NCBI RefSeq assembly: GCF_001194135.2
Contig: NC_068986.1
Span: forward strand, 31,119,755-31,163,126
Direction: 5' to 3'
DNA length: 43,372 nt
Origin: Octopus bimaculoides
Lineage: Eukaryota
The notes under the pieces were generated by a model. That model did no database searches. It was not told where the DNA came from and worked only from the letters and a program-made list of their open reading frames with translations. Within the stretch, counting starts at the first letter, position 1. Every line of letters starts with the position of its first letter. Positions 14,113 to 26,545 of the stretch are shown in pieces. The position numbers were made by a program, and so were the translations under genes.

Positions 14113-14560
14113 GTGTTATTGTATGGGGCTGAGACATGGCGAACAACAGTTAAGTCAAATAAGCAAATATAGTCATTCATCATCAACAGATGCTTGCGTA
14201 GTATACTTAAAATTAGATGGTCCGAACACATAAGCAATATGGAGCTATGGCAAAGAACGAATCAAGTTTCGATTAGAGAGCAAATATTTAAGAAAAAGTG
14301 GAAGTGGATTGGAAGCACAATTAGAAAAGACACACTAAATGTAACGAAAAGTGCTTTACAGTGGAATCCAGATGGATATAGAAAGAGGGGTAGGCCTAAG
14401 AACTCATGGTGTAGATCAACACAAAAGGAACTAGAGAAAGGGGGACATTCATGGCAGAGTATAAGTACAGAAGCGAAAAATTATGCGACATGGAATTCAG
14501 TTATAAGTGGCCTATACTCTGCGTTGGAGGGTTAAAGACAAGAAAGAAAGAAGAAAGAAT
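14113..14560 (+). mobile_element. 5'-truncated RTE-clade LINE, ORF C-terminus with short tail
   Basis: VLLYGAETW...CLRSILKIRW...ISNMELWQRT...WKWIG...ALQWNPDGYRKRGRPKNSW; one in-frame stop near the start; (GAAA)-like tail after TAA at 14533-14535. Confidence 0.9.
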
Positions 14561-15398
14561 TGGCAGAGTTTTTAAGAGTGACAAATTGAATACCGCACAG
14601 TGCTTGTTTACATACTCTGCACTCTCAGATCAAATTCTGCTGAGATCAATTTTGTCTCCTTTCATTCTTTCTGTGTTGATAAAAAAAGACACCAATCCAG
14701 TGTTTGTGGATTGGCAGAACTGTATGAATGTTGGATTGGATACATTGCAGTATTTGTTCCAGCTCCCTGCATTCTGAGTCAAGTTCTACTCAGGTTCCTA
14801 AAACAAAAGTACACCCTTGCCAACCTGTTGGCCAAGTGGGGTGAGTTACACACATATTCAAAACAGAGGCCAACGCCAAATAGATTATGATGGATGGAGT
14901 TGAGAGAGGGTCTCTTCCAGCTGGAGAGACATGTGCCTGGTGAATGAATGAATGAATCTGTTGCTTCATTCACACCAATATTGTTGGGATGGTGGTATTG
15001 TGATGGTTGGAAGCTGTGCGTAATGATTTAATAACATCAAGTAAACATCTAAACATGATTAATTAACGTTGCACAAGTCATATGAAGTTGTTCATGAATT
15101 ACAAAATATCCATACAGAGTCAATTAGATAAAATAAATATAATGCAACATGCAAAATACATACATACATACATACATACATACATACATACATGTACATG
15201 CCAGTCTTTTTCCAGTTTCTATCTACCAAATCCATTTGCAAGGCTTTGGTCTATCTCAGGCTTTAGTAGACACTTGCACAATGTGCTATACAGTGAGAAT
15301 GAACCCAAACCCACGTTGCTGGGAAGCAAAATTCTTGATCCCACAGCCATGCCCCCCCCTCTCCACATACACACATTATTGTAGGAAACTGGGCATAC

Positions 15399-15473
15399 TG
15401 TCTTAGCACAATGGTTTAGAAAACCAAAATGAACTGCAGAGAGAGAGACATTCTCCAAAATGGCTGATATAAA
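15399..15473 (-). CDS. Candidate exon of unidentified - strand gene (FISAILENVSLSAVHFGFLNHCAKT)
   Basis: Minus strand: long T-rich tract + attaaacacag| acceptor, |gtatgc donor, 75 nt open, in frame with 15567-15653. Confidence 0.55.
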
Positions 15474-15566
15474 CTGTGTTTAATATGAAAAAGAAAAAGG
15501 AAAAAAAAAAAAACATTGAGAAGCCTGTCATCAAAATTCTGGGGTAAGAGCACAAACAATATTTAC

Positions 15567-15653
15567 ATGAAATAATTCTCTTTTACACAATGTACATTCT
15601 TGAAGATGTAATAAATACTTTGAACAAAACATCTTAACCTGTCCCACTCCCAG
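15567..15653 (-). CDS. Candidate exon of unidentified - strand gene (LGVGQVKMFCSKYLLHLQECTLCKRELFH)
   Basis: Minus strand: tttctaatgttttgttattctatag| acceptor, |gtaaat donor, 87 nt open, phase 0-0, 93-nt intron to the next candidate exon. No protein family recognised. Confidence 0.5.
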
Positions 15654-16209
15654 CTATAGAATAACAAAACATTAGAAAATACTACAACTTCTATAACATT
15701 AAATAAGACCATAAAGAAACAAATGAAACAACATATTTGCTCATACTTTCACCAAGTACAAAAAACAATTTTATGAATTCAATAGGCTGTGTGGTAAGTA
15801 GCTTGCTTACCAACCACATGGTTCTGGGTTCAGTCCCACTGCGTGGCACCTTGGGCAAGTGTCTTCTACTAATGTGTTAATCAAATACTTAACAGTGTTT
15901 AATCTATCATACTAGATTCTAGGTTCAAATTCTAACATGAAAAACAATTATGCTTTATCCATCAAAGGTCAATAAAATAATTACTGGTATTGCATAAAGA
16001 TTGATTCATTCATTCAACTAAGAACTAAATGGTTGTCTTGCCAAGCTCAGAAATCAATATTATACAAAAGCAGAAATAAGAAGATATTTGGAGTCAGCAT
16101 GTATTTGAAATTTGAAAATGCAACAAGTTCTAAGACCGTTATCAAGAATCTTAATTATTAGTGAAAATTCTACCAGCTAAAAAAATTAAAAAAACAACTG
16201 CCTCCATAC

Positions 16210-16316
16210 ACAACTGCTGCTGCTGCTGTTGCTTCTGCTGCTGCTGCTATTACTACTACTACTATCATTACTACAACCATTACCACCACCACTACCACTA
16301 CCACCAGTACTACTAA
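16210..16316. repeat. Compound (CTG)/(CTA)/(CCA) trinucleotide repeat; also (TACA)n 15156-15195, (GAT)n 17367-17401, (GA)n 18205-18280
   Basis: Directly visible. Confidence 0.95.
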
Positions 16317-17283
16317 CTGAAAAATATTTAGGTAAGTATTTTAAAATGAGATTCTAGAAATAAAACATAAAAAGAAAAAAAGCATAAATTAATTTTACAT
16401 TCCTTAAAAGATGAAACAAAAAAAATTGCAGCAAATTCTTTCATGTTAAGAGTTTAGTTTACATTTCTCCTCAGTGAACTCTAAGCGATTAACAAACAAG
16501 ATCTAATCAGATTCATGTAATTATTAATAAATTTTAAGACATCGATTTCAAGCTTAAATAAATAGCTGAACTTTTACTTTGTAAATTAAAAAGATGGGTT
16601 TTTTTACCTTTTTATTTTATATTTTATAGCTTCGGAGATTAAGGAGCTGGATTATTGGTAATATTTTTCAGTTGTTCAAAAAGAAAAAAAGACTCAACTC
16701 AAAAACGTCGGAATTCACCTATCTCTCTGGCGCATAAACTTATCTTATGTAACAAATTTCTTTAATTGATTTTGAAGGATAATGCAGTCAGTCATTCAGA
16801 CAATTTTGTATCTTGTACTTGTTTCAGCCATAGGACCACAGCCATGCTGGGGCACCACCTCAAAGGGTTTATCTTTTATCTTGTACTTGTTTCAGTAATT
16901 AGACTGCGGCTGTGGTGGAGCACTGCCTTGAATTTTTAGTCAAATGAATCTACTCTGGTACTTATTCTATCAGTCTCTTTTACTGAGCCGCTAAGTTATA
17001 GGTACGTAAACACATCCACACTAGTTGTTAAGTGGTGATGGGGGGACAAATACAGAGTCACAAAAATAATTTTTCCTAATTTTGGCACATGGCAGCTATA
17101 AAACTGATACAAACTTTTTCTACTATGGGCACAAGGCCCATAATTCTGGGAAATGGGCTAGCAATAATAATGATAATAAATAAACATTGGCCGCAGAAGC
17201 AGTATTAATACTGAATAGCAATCTTTATGTCCTACTTAATGTAGATTTTTTTTGTTAGAATGCCATAATACAACAGTATTTAC

Positions 17284-17345
17284 CTTGAGAAATCTTCTAC
17301 TAAAATCCAGCCATATCAGTAGCAGGTGAGAAATCTTCCAGTATG
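17284..17345 (-). CDS. Weak candidate exon of the same - strand gene (YWKISHLLLIWLDFSRRFLK)
   Basis: aatctag| acceptor with poor pyrimidine tract, |gtaaat donor, 62 nt, phase 1-0, only one open frame. Confidence 0.28.
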
Positions 17346-17364
17346 CTAGATTATATGATTTGTC

Positions 17365-17400
<36 letters not shown>

Positions 17401-18204
17401 TGCTAACAAAACACCAACAATAACATTTTGATGAAAGGTAAAGTTGACCTCAGTGGAATTTGAACTCAGAATGTAAAGACAGATGAAATGCCACTAAGGT
17501 TTTTGCCTAGCTTGCTAACCATTCTGCCAGCTTGAAGGGCAGGTAGCTTGCATCAACCCCCAGTGCTCAACTGATATTTATTTCATCAACTTCAAAAGGA
17601 TTAAAGGCAAAGTTCGACGAGAATAGATGAGTGTGAAGGCTCCCCTAGGTACTAAGTTCTAAGTTTGCTTTGGCACAGTTTCAACAGCTGGATGCCCTTC
17701 CTAATACCAATTACTTAACAGAGTGTACTGGCTTTTTTTAAATTTTGTAGTGCCAGCACTGGTGGGGTTGCCAAGTATTCGTATGATAAGACCCCTCAAC
17801 TGAGCAGAGTATAGACTGGAGAAAGAAACTATGATAGAAGGAGAGAAGCAAGTGTCTTACTGAAGAGATAAATACATGACTTGTCCACCTGGAAAGTGGA
17901 AGAGAAAAAGAGAGAATGAAAGATGTGAAGTCCAGGTATGTGAATATGAGACAGAATAGGAAGAACATTGAGTGTATGTATGCATGTTTGTGTGTGTGTT
18001 TTTGTGTGTGTATGTGTGTGTGTGTGTTACATTTTTTTGTGTGTGTATCTTTGTGTTTATGTTGTGTTTGTCCCCCACCACCAGACTTATAAATAAGTAC
18101 TGGGGATGATTTCAGCCAAACCCTTCGAGATGGTGTCGCAGCTTAATCAGAGTTCACTGATTGAGACAAGTAAAAGATGAAAGAAGAGATTGATTTGTGA
18201 AGGA

Positions 18205-18284
<80 letters not shown>

Positions 18285-18937
18285 AAATAAACTACTATAT
18301 TTATCATAAGTTGCACTCGTATTATATATCACACCTATAATTTAGTGCAAAATTTTAGTAAAAAACTTTTTCCCTTCATAGTTTTAGTTTTGCTCTATAT
18401 ACAAGTCACACCCCAGGTTTTTCAGTTAAAATCAAGTTTAAAATAGTGCAACTTATACACTAGTAAATACATTAAGTCTTATCAAACTGGTTCACTTTCT
18501 TATTGTTTAGTCCTTTCATTGTTTCAGTTTAACAATTTTCTTTTGTTATTTTGATATAGGTCAATTCCTTTATTATTGACATTAAAAAAAAAATCACTAT
18601 GGCTGCTTTTCTTTATATTTTCAACCAAAAATTAGTGGAGGAGATTAATTCATTTATTTTCAAAGACAGAGAAAAAGAAACCGACATATTCATAACCAAT
18701 AAGAATAGCTTAATTTTTATTTATTTGTTGCTTTGTCAACTTCCTAGTTAAATATGGATATCTTCATAATGTATCTTCTGCATAACACATCCCATTTTTT
18801 TTCTCCTTCTCTTCTCCCCCCTCCCTCTCATTTTTCTCTTTCTATTTATCTTTTCTCATCTCATCAATGCTTTGCCTGCTGGCAGAGCAAGTTAACTAAT
18901 GACTTTGCCAAGGGATGCTTTTCGTGTCAGTTCTCAC

Positions 18938-19040
18938 TAAAAGTTAATGAATACACTATGGCAACCTGTCTGGAAAGCATCTTTTCTGATTCATCAAGTT
19001 CAGGTTTTATTTCAGTATATAATGTAATAACACATTCCAT
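18938..19040 (-). CDS. Weak candidate upstream/first coding exon (MECVITLYTEIKPELDESEKMLSRQVAIVYSLTF+A)
   Basis: Open frame ending at |gtgaga donor in phase 1, compatible with 17284-17345; start/acceptor uncertain. Confidence 0.25.
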
Positions 19041-19551
19041 TTGTATGGGTATGCTGAGTTGTTTATTGTTTGTTTGTTGTTGTTACTGATGCTATTGTTG
19101 CTGTTGTTGTTACTCATGTTGTTACTGTTGTTGTCGTCACTGATACTGTTCTTATTAATGGTGCTTTTTCTTGTTGTATGAATGAATGAATGTGTGTACA
19201 AGCAATATAAACTCTTCTTCATATCCACACTTGTATTACAATACTACAATAAAATGTATTTTATGGTGTAAAAATGTTTATGCTTAATGGAAATAAATTG
19301 AAAAGAGAAAAAAAATTTCCTTGGCTTTGTTTTCGTGTAAATTAATCACGCATACACAAAATACATCACTAATTAGAGATGCTGATAAGAGATGTAGTGC
19401 AAAAAGTAGGCTCCTGGTGTACTAATTCTGTGCTATTGTTTTGATTCTTGATGAAATTATTTCACTTCCTTTGTACCAGTAATATCATAGAGAAAGTACA
19501 AATGGCAACAATCTAACAAGGAAACCTTATATTATCATTTTACTTGCAATA

Positions 19552-19812
19552 GTTAGTTAGTTCTCTCTGTGCCATGAAGCACACAAGGCCACAACATGAT
19601 ATTCTCCAACCAGCTTTGTTTTCTGCCACTGTTCTGGTCTCATTCCAGATTCTCCATTTTTCTCAGCTCCTTTCCTTGTCAATGGTCCTTCACCATGTGG
19701 TTTTAGAGTGCCCTTCTGCTCTTTTCCCCTCAGGCTTCCACTTTAGTGCCACCATACAATTGCTTTCTTGATATTGTCTAAGGACATGTCTGATCCAGTT
19801 CCAGTATCTGAC
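19552..19812 (-). mobile_element. Decayed RTE LINE 3' end
   Basis: Minus-strand translation WNWIRHVLR...ALKWKPEGKRAEGHSKTTW*RTIDKE with stops; (TAAC)n tail at about 19552-19562. Confidence 0.8.
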
Positions 19813-20532
19813 CTGCAATAAATAACAACTAACTCTCCCTTAAATCACATACTAGAATCTTATATATAAAAAAATAGGTTACATCAAGCCAGTAGAGGAA
19901 TTTCTACTTAATCACTTCAACTAATAGAGATAGCAGCCAGGTCTTCTTCGGATCACACAGTCATCTTATTCAAAGAAAGGACGCTGGTAATGTAGTCCTT
20001 CACATCCCTAAACGGCAGTATGGTCATGCCTTATGTGCATAATCAGAGTTGATCTGAGCTTAAATTAAATCAGTAAGAGCAACAACAGTATTCATAACTT
20101 GCTATATGTTCTTTTTTTTTTTTCTTGAAACTACAAAAACTTTGTACTTAGACAAAGGAAAACAACAATTGGAAGTAGAGCCATTCCATACCTTAATGGA
20201 AGCTCTAGTTACAGAATTCCATACTTAAGAAAATTTTAAGTATCTTGTAAATCTTGAGGTACAGCCTGTAATTGTGCCATGAAGGAAACTGGTAAATTTT
20301 AACAGTTTCATAAACTAAAATCCCAATACATATATGTATAAAAAGTAATTCTTCTTAGAAATAATATATATTGGGTTTTCAGATAAATTCCTCTTCCTCC
20401 ACCTTTTCCATGCATACATGTTTCACAGATCAGGATCATGCTACTAACATTAATCATACAACACTTCTTGTATCAGACAGTTTTTGCTTTTCAACATCAC
20501 TTCTCTTATGTTCTTTCTTGCATGTGAAGTAA

Positions 20533-20900
20533 TCATTATCATCATCGCTCAACGTCCACTTTCCATGCTAGCATGGGTTGGACGATTTGACTGAGGACTG
20601 GTGAACCAGATGGCTACACCAGGCTCCAATCTGATCTGGCAGAGTTTCTACAGCTGGATGCCCTTCCTAACGCCAACCACTCCAAGAGTGTAGTGGGTGC
20701 TTTTACGTGCCACCGGCATGAAGGCCAGTCAGGCAGTATTGGCAACGGCCACGCTCAAAATGGTGTATTTTACGTACCACCTGCACAAGAGCCAGTCCAG
20801 TGGCACTGACAATGATCTCGCTCGAAAGTCTTTACACATGCCACCGGCACAAGTGCCAGAAAGGTGACGTTGGGCACAGGTGCCATCACAATTTCGCATG
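20533..20900 (-). mobile_element. RTE-type 3' UTR/tail with several diverged minisatellite units
   Basis: Near-identical to 30669-30840 then GCCACCGGCAC...GGCACTG.CAA.GATCTCGCTCGAAA variants. Confidence 0.85.
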
Positions 20901-23094
20901 GCTACTATTATTGCTGATAGAGAACATCATAACTTTCCACAGATTCTACTGTTTTACCATTTGAGTGGATTCGTTGTCTATTTCCAACGCTATTGCATTT
21001 AACTGTAAATTTGAACAGTGTAGTGCATTATCCGTATTCAAGATAACTAGAAAGAGACCAAGTGGAAGTGTAGATCATAGCGTAGAAATAATTCATAAAA
21101 AAGGTTATGTTGGGTATTAAATTTGATGTTTTACAAACGTTTGATTTTTCACAATCTAATCACCAATGCACACATGCAGGAGTTGTTCCATGTTAGATGT
21201 TATGTCCGATCTATGAAACAAACGACGTCCTCTCAGTTTATAGAGCAGCTGCTTGAACACTTGATCTAATTTTACCTTTATTGATAAATATTGACACTCA
21301 TACTGGTAGCACATAAAATAGCCCATTACACTCTCAGAGTGGTCGGCATTAGGAAGAGCATCCAGTCATAGAAACCATGCTAAATCAGATTAGGGTTTGG
21401 TGCAGTCCCCAAGCTTACCAACCCTGGTTAAACCAACCAACCCATGCCAGCATGGACAATGGATACTAAACGATGATGATGACTGGAGATGTTTCAAGCT
21501 GCTTTTGTTGGTAATGATATAATTGATATTGTAATATAAAAATTACAAGTGGAGTTTACCAAAAGATGGTGCACCATAAACATCAAACAACTTTAGGTAA
21601 GTTCTATGCCTCTGAAGCATAAGCTGATGAGGATGATTTACTTAGTAGAAGGTAGTGGAGTGGGGGATGGGCTCTTCTCTCTGCTTCCCCTCCTCCTCTT
21701 CCTCTGCCTTTCCTTCCTCCTCCTCCTCATCATCATCATCGTCATCATCATCATTCTAGCATGTACTTTTTCATGCTTGCATGTGATGGATGGAATTTGT
21801 TGAGGCAGGGTTTTCAATGGCTAGATGCCCTTCCTATCACCAACCCTCCTTACTGTTTCCAAATAAGGTAATATTTCCCTCATGACTAGACATGTTTTCA
21901 TGGAAGATTAGGAATGAAGGATACCATCTGCATGATGGCAACACTTGCTTACAACGGTCACATGATGTCAAACCAAAGAAACAGTAACACACACACACAC
22001 ACATACAGACATACGTATACATTGGGCATTTTTCAGTTTCTATAAACCAAATACACTCACAAGGTTTTGGTTGGCCCAGGATTATAATAAAAGAAACTTA
22101 CTCAATGTGTCATACTGTGGGACTGAACCTGAAACCATGTGAATAGGAAGCAACCACACAGCCATACCTGTGGGTTAAAAAATTACAGTTTTCATGCATA
22201 AAATTGGCTGCATTTGTTTTATGTATTTTCCAAAAATTCTGTCAGAACTCATCTCAATTTATAACATGAAAAATCAATGGAAAGATAGGTTTCATGCTAC
22301 AGAATTTCATAAATGGTAATGTTTTCAAGAATGCAGTGCTTCCATAGCCTGGAGAATGCCTGTATTCAAAAGACAGTAAAAAATATTTCAGATGAGCTGT
22401 TCAAGATTATTTCAAGAATATTTTATCAGAGAAATAATGGAAGCGATGGAATGTAAATTTAATCAGAAATTGATAACCCTTTTGATATCAACCAATCTGA
22501 AATTGCCCTTAGTTTCATGTTGAAAAATATCTGATTTCAAGGTGTTCACTTTTAAATTAAAACACACATCATTTTAGGTAAGTATACTTTGTTTTCTTAT
22601 ACACCATATACCAGTTTAACAATGAAAAAATTTGTTTTACACTATAGAGGAAGAAAACCAATATTGTAAACAGTTTCAATATGTTCATGTCGTTACAACC
22701 TGATTATAACTCTTTTATACACATGTAATTTAAGGACAACTATTAATGTTGTCTGTTGTTTGCTGTCTGCTGTGAATTAATGTAACTTGACCTTGAAGAG
22801 ATGCAAGAATCCATTTTCTTATCTCAGACAAGAGTGAGTCAGGATCTTGCATTGAAATGTGCATAGATTATTAAACAAGTTTTATTGTGGATTGCGTTAT
22901 GGCTCTTATTTAAATTGATATGCACACAAAATTGTCTCATAAACAACTTTTCAAGTGAGAATTTTGCTATGTTGATAACAGGTACAATATTTTTACCAAA
23001 TATTTGGTAGAGATCTAAACATACAAATATATATACATATATATATATATCACTCTATTTATTACATTGTGATATAGAGAGATGGGGTAAAAAA

Positions 23095-23335
23095 AATTAT
23101 AAAGGAGTTAGACTCATGATAGTAAGATCATAGTTTTGATTCCCAGACTGGGCAATTTGCTCTGTTTTTGAGTGAAGTACTTCATTTGACATTTCTCCAG
23201 TTTACTCTGCTGAAAGAACCAACAACAGCTGGGGTTAATCCTGTGAGAGACTGGCATCCTGTTCAGTGTGGAATATTTTATTTTCAATTGCTTCTATGTT
23301 ATGAAAACTGGGATGAGCTCTGGCATAATGCAACA
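23095..23335 (+). mobile_element. Old SINE with decayed tRNA head and a core resembling CCCTGCGATGGACTGGCATCCC
   Basis: TTTTGATTCCC B-box remnant; ATCCTGTGAGAGACTGGCATCCTGTTCAG...GAAAACTGGGATGAGCTCTGGC. Confidence 0.5.
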
Positions 23336-23695
23336 AACCTGATACACTAAGATATTACTTTTTGAGCCCTGTTTTTTTTATTTAGTTGCAGAATATTTCC
23401 CTGAGATATTTTTCTCTCAGCCCCAATGTCCTTATCAGCATTATTGCATTCCCTCTATTTTCGTATATATTGATCACCTACTAAGTTGAATAAGCTCTAC
23501 AGAGAATGTTCTCAGACTTAAACATATCAGTTGCTTTTACCAGCTGGATTTAAAAACCAGTTCTATACATTATTTCGTATGATATTCGGATACAGTTTGC
23601 CAACCAGATTAAGAAACAAATACTGTTGAACTTTTTCAAGGCGTTTATTTAAGTTCTTATATTTTAGATAACTCATCTCTCTCACATTCGATATC

Positions 23696-23748
23696 TGTGT
23701 GTGTGTGTGCGCGCGCGTGTGTGTGCGTGTGTGTGTGTGTGCGCGCAC
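23696..23748. repeat. Alternating purine-pyrimidine (TG)n/(CG)n tract
   Basis: TGTGTGTGTGTGTGCGCGCGCGTGTGTGTGCGTGTGTGTGTGTGTGCGCGCAC without interruption. Confidence 0.95.
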
Positions 23749-24309
23749 TGGCGTGTGTTTGTTCATTTGTTTCCCGTCATATCCTACCAGAAGTTTTTTT
23801 TTTTTTTTACTTTCAGAATTTCATATGTACATACATATGCGGGAGATTGACTATGATATAGTATAAAAATAACGAATGTAAAATAAATTTGGTATTCATA
23901 TTTCTACGAGGAATAAAATAAAATGACGATTCAAAATATGGAAAAAATAATTTTAAAAGAAAAACGGCTTTGATTTCTTGTTTTCCCATGTAAAGTTATT
24001 AAAATCATAAGTAAATTTTAAAAAAAGCCTTTCAGAAATTTATTTTATTTGNNNNNNNNNNNNNNNNNNNNNNNNNNNNNNNNNNNNNNNNNNNNNNNNN
24101 NNNNNNNNNNNNNNNNNNNNNNNNNNNNNNNNNNNNNNNNNNNNNNNNNNNNNNNNNNNNNNNNNNNAATATTTGCCCGTAATATGTAATTGAAAAAATA
24201 TACGATTAAAATTATTTATTTTACATGTAAGATCCATTATTTGTGTTTTAAAAAATTATTGTTGAAATTTGGAAAAGATTCAAAAATAAATAGATAAGTA
24301 TGATATTAA

Positions 24310-24384
24310 AAATATATCTGCGAAATTTACTGCGAACTTCCTTTTAGTCCATGTGGTCCGGAAAGTTCAATTTACCGTAACACC
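24310..24384 (+). promoter_or_regulatory. Probable GTPBP4 core promoter/5' leader with TOP/TCT-like CTTCCTTTT (24337-24345)
   Basis: Pyrimidine tract 40-48 nt upstream of ATG, two CTGCGAA repeats just upstream, locally retained CpGs. TSS is not observable from sequence. Confidence 0.4.
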
Positions 24385-24432
24385 ATGTCGCATTATAACT
24401 TCAAAAAGATCACTGTTGTGCCGCCTTCACAG
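24385..24432 (+). CDS. GTPBP4: GTPBP4/NOG1 coding exon 1 (MSHYNFKKITVVPPSQ)
   Basis: ATG in caccATG context; peptide matches the conserved NOG1 N-terminus (human MAHYNFKKITVVPSAK); GT donor at 24433 (CAG|gtaaaa), phase 0. Confidence 0.96.
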
Positions 24433-26061
24433 GTAAAATATTTCAAAAGTTATTTTAATGAACTTATTTTTGTTGCTTATATGTTGACTGCTTTGTTTTT
24501 AGAGGTTTTTTTTACTTACTTTGGAAAGCTTACACTATGTTCAGACTTACACGTTAATCCTTCAATGGTGAGTCTAACACGCAGAAGTCAGTAAATACAT
24601 ACAGACATGTGATTAATTGTGTCAAATATTTCTAATATTTTACTAATTTTAAAATTTATCAGATATTTCTGTATTTTTCTATAAGTTAGCATCATCAATC
24701 ATTCTTACGGAAGATAACATTATTAAGCCATTTCATGAAGAAAAATGTTAGTGAACCGTGTTATTCTAAACGAGCCAACTGTTGTTGTTACTACGTGGTT
24801 ATCAATCTGCTAGAAATTGGATGCATTGGATAATGTAGTCCTTGATATACATAGTCTAGATAAAACACAGATGTCACGAGAACGTCTTTTATTATATTTA
24901 CTCTTTCAGCATTACCTCGAAGTACAATCCTCATCAGATCCAAATAAATGCAACATTTTTACGTGAAAATGTCTCAAGGCCCGAAACCCAAGTTGCCCTA
25001 GGCTTTTAATATATTATCTTTATCGCATCACTAGACGACGTCGGCAAAATTATTCTCAAGTCTTACTTTTAACTCCAGGGAAAGACTTCCTAACCCCAGT
25101 TTGACAAAGTAAAAAAACAGGCCATTACAAGACAATCGATTTACTTCCATTGTCGAATATTTTCGTTCCTTAAATATTTTTATTAGAATACTGTCGTTTT
25201 TTAATATAAACACACTCACTCATATACATACCCGTATGTATGTGTCTGCGTGCGTGTATACTGATGTGTCGGTGAATATGTTTGAGATTAGACTAAAAAA
25301 TAATACGAAGAATAAAGCTAAGGCTAAAACTTAAATTAACAAAGAATTCGGTTAGTACAGCGTTTTGTGTTTAGGACGTTCCCTCTTGCGACAGTGATGT
25401 CCCAATCTCAAGGGTCGCCCAAATGATGTATCATAGAATTGGGCACCACTCGGAAATATATATTAAAATCTTGCCAGATGTGTCTCCAGCAGTTCCATCC
25501 AATATTTTCCACTACGTGAACTTGCCCTAAATGGAAAGCAGAGAAGATGGGTATCGTAGAGTGAGCGCTACACCACATATCTGTATTTAAGTAGTGCCAA
25601 TATTTTTGCAATCCTTTCACAAAACATTCAACATGCCTTGTATGTTCTCATCTGATAGGATCAGCTTAGTTATAGTCATGCATGACTGTCTGACGATAAT
25701 TTGGAGCAAATTACCTGGACCAGACATTAGGCCCAGAATAATATATCGAACAATTCCTAAAATTGTTACTGTTGCTCTATTAGGAAAACCACAAGGGATT
25801 CAGTCCTGGTTGCTGGATTAATTCCACCAAAATACTGATGTCTCTGGGATTATATGACAAATATTGTTCTGTGCTTCTTTTCCAGTGTCTCATGAAAGTT
25901 AAAGTATTACTTTGTCAAAGATAGGTGCTGTTCTGGCCAAAATGAAACTTCAGGAATGAAAATAAAATATTGGCCAGTAAAGTACTGGCTAGATGCTATA
26001 GGCACAAGTATGGCTGTGTAGTTAAAAAGTTAAGTTAGCTTCCCAACTAGTTATGTTTAAT

Positions 26062-26545
26062 TTTAAAATAACTTATTTACCTGAGTTTTAACATCATCTC
26101 CTTTGAAATAGTCACCTTGTGCAGCAATACACTGGTCTCAACGTACTTGCCACTTCTGGAATCTGGCCTGGAAGTCGTTTTCCAAAAGTAAGTTGAAGAC
26201 ATTCCGCAATTCACTCTGGATCTTGACAATGGTGTTAAAATGGTGACCTTTGAGCTGCATCTTCATCTTGGGGGAAAAGATGGCAGTCTGCAAGTGCTAA
26301 ACCTGGCAAATAGGGCAGGCACAGAAGTGATATCATGTTGTTTTTGGTGAGAAACTCACAAGTAAGGAGAGCTCGGTGACAGGGTGCATTGTCATCATGA
26401 AGAATCCAATTCTTTGTGCTCCACAGATCCAGTCGCTTTTGCCGAATGTCCTCTCCCAAACGCTTCCAAAACATTGCAGTAGAACTCTCAACCGATGGTC
26501 TGGTCCTGGGGTAAGAACTCTCAATGCAAAATACCACATTTCCGG
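26062..26545 (-). mobile_element. Decayed mariner (DD34D) transposase C-terminal fragment
   Basis: WILHDDNAPCH, PYLPGLALADCHLFP (degenerate YSPDLAPxD) and, after a frameshift, LKGHHF...DFQARFQKW...CIAAQGDYFKGD; stops and frameshifts present. Confidence 0.92.

Noticed and set aside
22740-23005. Two overlapping - strand open frames (LYQIFGKNIVPVINIAK..., MQDPDSLLSEIRKWILASLQ)
   Set aside because: Different frames, weak donors; expected by chance in 24 kb of six-frame scanning.
23563-23676. - strand MSYLKYKNLNKRLEKVQQYLFLNLVGKLYPNIIRNN as first exon of the divergent gene
   Set aside because: Position is attractive, but donors are weak, no family is recognised and no confident next exon was found.
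25390-25860. Possible decayed Tc1-like transposase on the - strand (SGKYWMELLETHL)
   Set aside because: Similarity too weak; no catalytic motifs or TIRs identified.
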